Assembly: GCA_051747805.1 (NCBI GenBank)
Contig: JBNJGP010000033.1
Coordinates: 1-28,285 of the forward strand
From: Candidatus Muiribacteriota bacterium
GTDB taxonomy: Bacteria > Muiribacteriota > Muiribacteriia > Muiribacteriales > Muiribacteriaceae
DNA length: 28,285 nucleotides
Direction: 5' to 3'
Both the position numbers and the translations under genes were made by a program. This document shows positions 27,175 through 28,285 of this stretch, in pieces; within the stretch, counting starts at the first letter, position 1; each line of letters begins with the position of its first letter. Under the pieces are notes generated by a model. It searched no databases, was not told the DNA's origin, and saw nothing but the letters and a program-made list of their open reading frames with translations.

Positions 27175-27846
27175 TTACGCTTTCTTCGCCGGTTTAATAT
27201 AAACAACACCATTTTTCGCACCGGGAATTGCTCCCTTAACAAGAACAACATTGTTTTCTTTATCAACTTTAACAACCTCAAGGTTCTGCTGAGTTACTTT
27301 TGCATCGCCCATGTGGCCACCCGTTTTTTTACCAGGAAAAATTCTAGACCAGTCAGATGAACCACCTCTAGAACCTGTTCCTCTATGATCCATTCCACCA
27401 TGTGTTGCTGGACCACCGGAAAAGCCGTGTCTTTTCATAACACCTGCAAACCCTTTCCCTTTTGAAATACCAATTACATCAACTTTTTTATCTTCTTCAA
27501 TATTTTCACAGGTAATTTTCTGACCTGCCTCAAAATCTTCAACTTTTTCAACTTTAAATTCGTGAAGATGTCGTAAAACAGGTACATTTTTAGCCTTAAA
27601 ATGTCCATCATATGGTCTATTGATAGCTTTTTTAACCTGTTTAATCTTACCATTAATTTTTTCTTTTCTCTGTTTTTCCTTAACTTCTTCAAAACCTAAT
27701 TGAACGGAATTATATCCGTCTTTTTCAACGGTTTTAATCTGAGTTATATAGTTTGGACCTGCATTTATAACAGTAACGGGAACGGCTTCTCCGTTTTCTT
27801 TATAAATTGTGGTCATTCCCACTTTTTTTCCAATTATGCCTAACAC
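27175..27846 (-). CDS. rplC: 50S ribosomal protein L3
   Basis: GTG start after GGAGGT; GKKVGMT, DGY, SKGKGFAGVMKRHGF, GHMG. Confidence 0.97.
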   Translation of the reverse strand: MLGIIGKKVGMTTIYKENGEAVPVTVINAGPNYITQIKTVEKDGYNSVQLGFEEVKEKQRKEKINGKIKQVKKAINRPYDGHFKAKNVPVLRHLHEFKVEKVEDFEAGQKITCENIEEDKKVDVIGISKGKGFAGVMKRHGFSGGPATHGGMDHRGTGSRGGSSDWSRIFPGKKTGGHMGDAKVTQQNLEVVKVDKENNVVLVKGAIPGAKNGVVYIKPAKKA

Positions 27847-27859
27847 GCCGCACCTCCAA

Positions 27860-28168
27860 TTATAACTTAATTTCAATATTTACACCGGAAGGTAATTCCA
27901 TTTTCATAAGTGAATTAACAGTATCCGGTGTAGGGTTTAATATATCTATCAACCTTTTATGTGTCCTAATTTCATACTGCTCACGTGATTTTTTATCAAC
28001 ATGAGGGGATCTTAACACACAAAACTTCTCAAACTCTGTTGGAAGAGGAACCGGGCCTCTTAAAACAGAACCAGTTTTTTTAACAGTATCAACTATTAAA
28101 TTGGTGGATTTGTCTAAAATCCTGTGATCAAAAGCTTTTAAATAAATTCTCATTTTTTGACTTGCCAT
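27860..28168 (-). CDS. rpsJ: 30S ribosomal protein S10
   Basis: [31 protein letters not shown]. Confidence 0.98.
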   Translation of the reverse strand: MASQKMRIYLKAFDHRILDKSTNLIVDTVKKTGSVLRGPVPLPTEFEKFCVLRSPHVDKKSREQYEIRTHKRLIDILNPTPDTVNSLMKMELPSGVNIEIKL

Positions 28169-28188
28169 TTAATTAACTCCTCCAGTTC

Positions 28189-28285
28189 TTAGTCAAGTAT
28201 TTCTGTAACAACACCAGCACCAACAGTTCTTCCGCCTTCTCTGATTGCGAATCTTAGTTCTTTTTCCATTGCTATTGGTGTAATA
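28189..28285 (-). CDS. tuf: Elongation factor Tu, C-terminal fragment (runs off the window)
   Basis: Translated by hand: [31 protein letters not shown]. Confidence 0.97.
   Translation of the reverse strand, partial: ITPIAMEKELRFAIREGGRTVGAGVVTEILD

Noticed and set aside
28169..28188. S10 leader or attenuator upstream of rpsJ
   Set aside because: Only 20 nt, mostly the RBS, separate tuf from rpsJ; direct tuf-rpsJ linkage is common
1..28285. CRISPR array, tRNA/rRNA genes, transposase or integrase, stop-codon reassignment
   Set aside because: No spaced direct repeats, RNA-gene signatures or recombinase ORFs were seen; TAA, TAG and TGA all end genes at expected positions

Overview
AT-rich bacterial chromosomal window using the standard genetic code, with almost all genes on the minus strand. 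Read in transcription direction (right to left): the 3' end of tuf, then a complete S10-spc-alpha ribosomal superoperon (rpsJ to rplQ, with secY, adk, map, infA and rpoA; rpmD and rpmJ were missed by the ORF track). Next come a single EcfA-type ATPase without its usual partners, a membrane/TPR protein, and shikimate genes (aroC, an aroK-aroB fusion, aroQ). A five-gene accessory cassette (1826-7457) follows: a giant 917-aa PilX/GspK-like pilin, a secreted beta-rich protein, two prepilins with N-methylation motifs and a secreted Gly-rich amphipathic protein, closed by a clear intrinsic terminator. The window ends with a receiver/coiled-coil/TPR protein, a convergent Cys-motif hypothetical protein and a perfect 36-bp palindrome near the left edge. 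The best leads are the pilin-tip/possible-cargo cassette, an RNA polymerase alpha subunit whose assembly motifs are oddly diverged, the 36-bp palindrome, and apparent leaderless genes. All calls come from reading motifs by eye; no searches were run.
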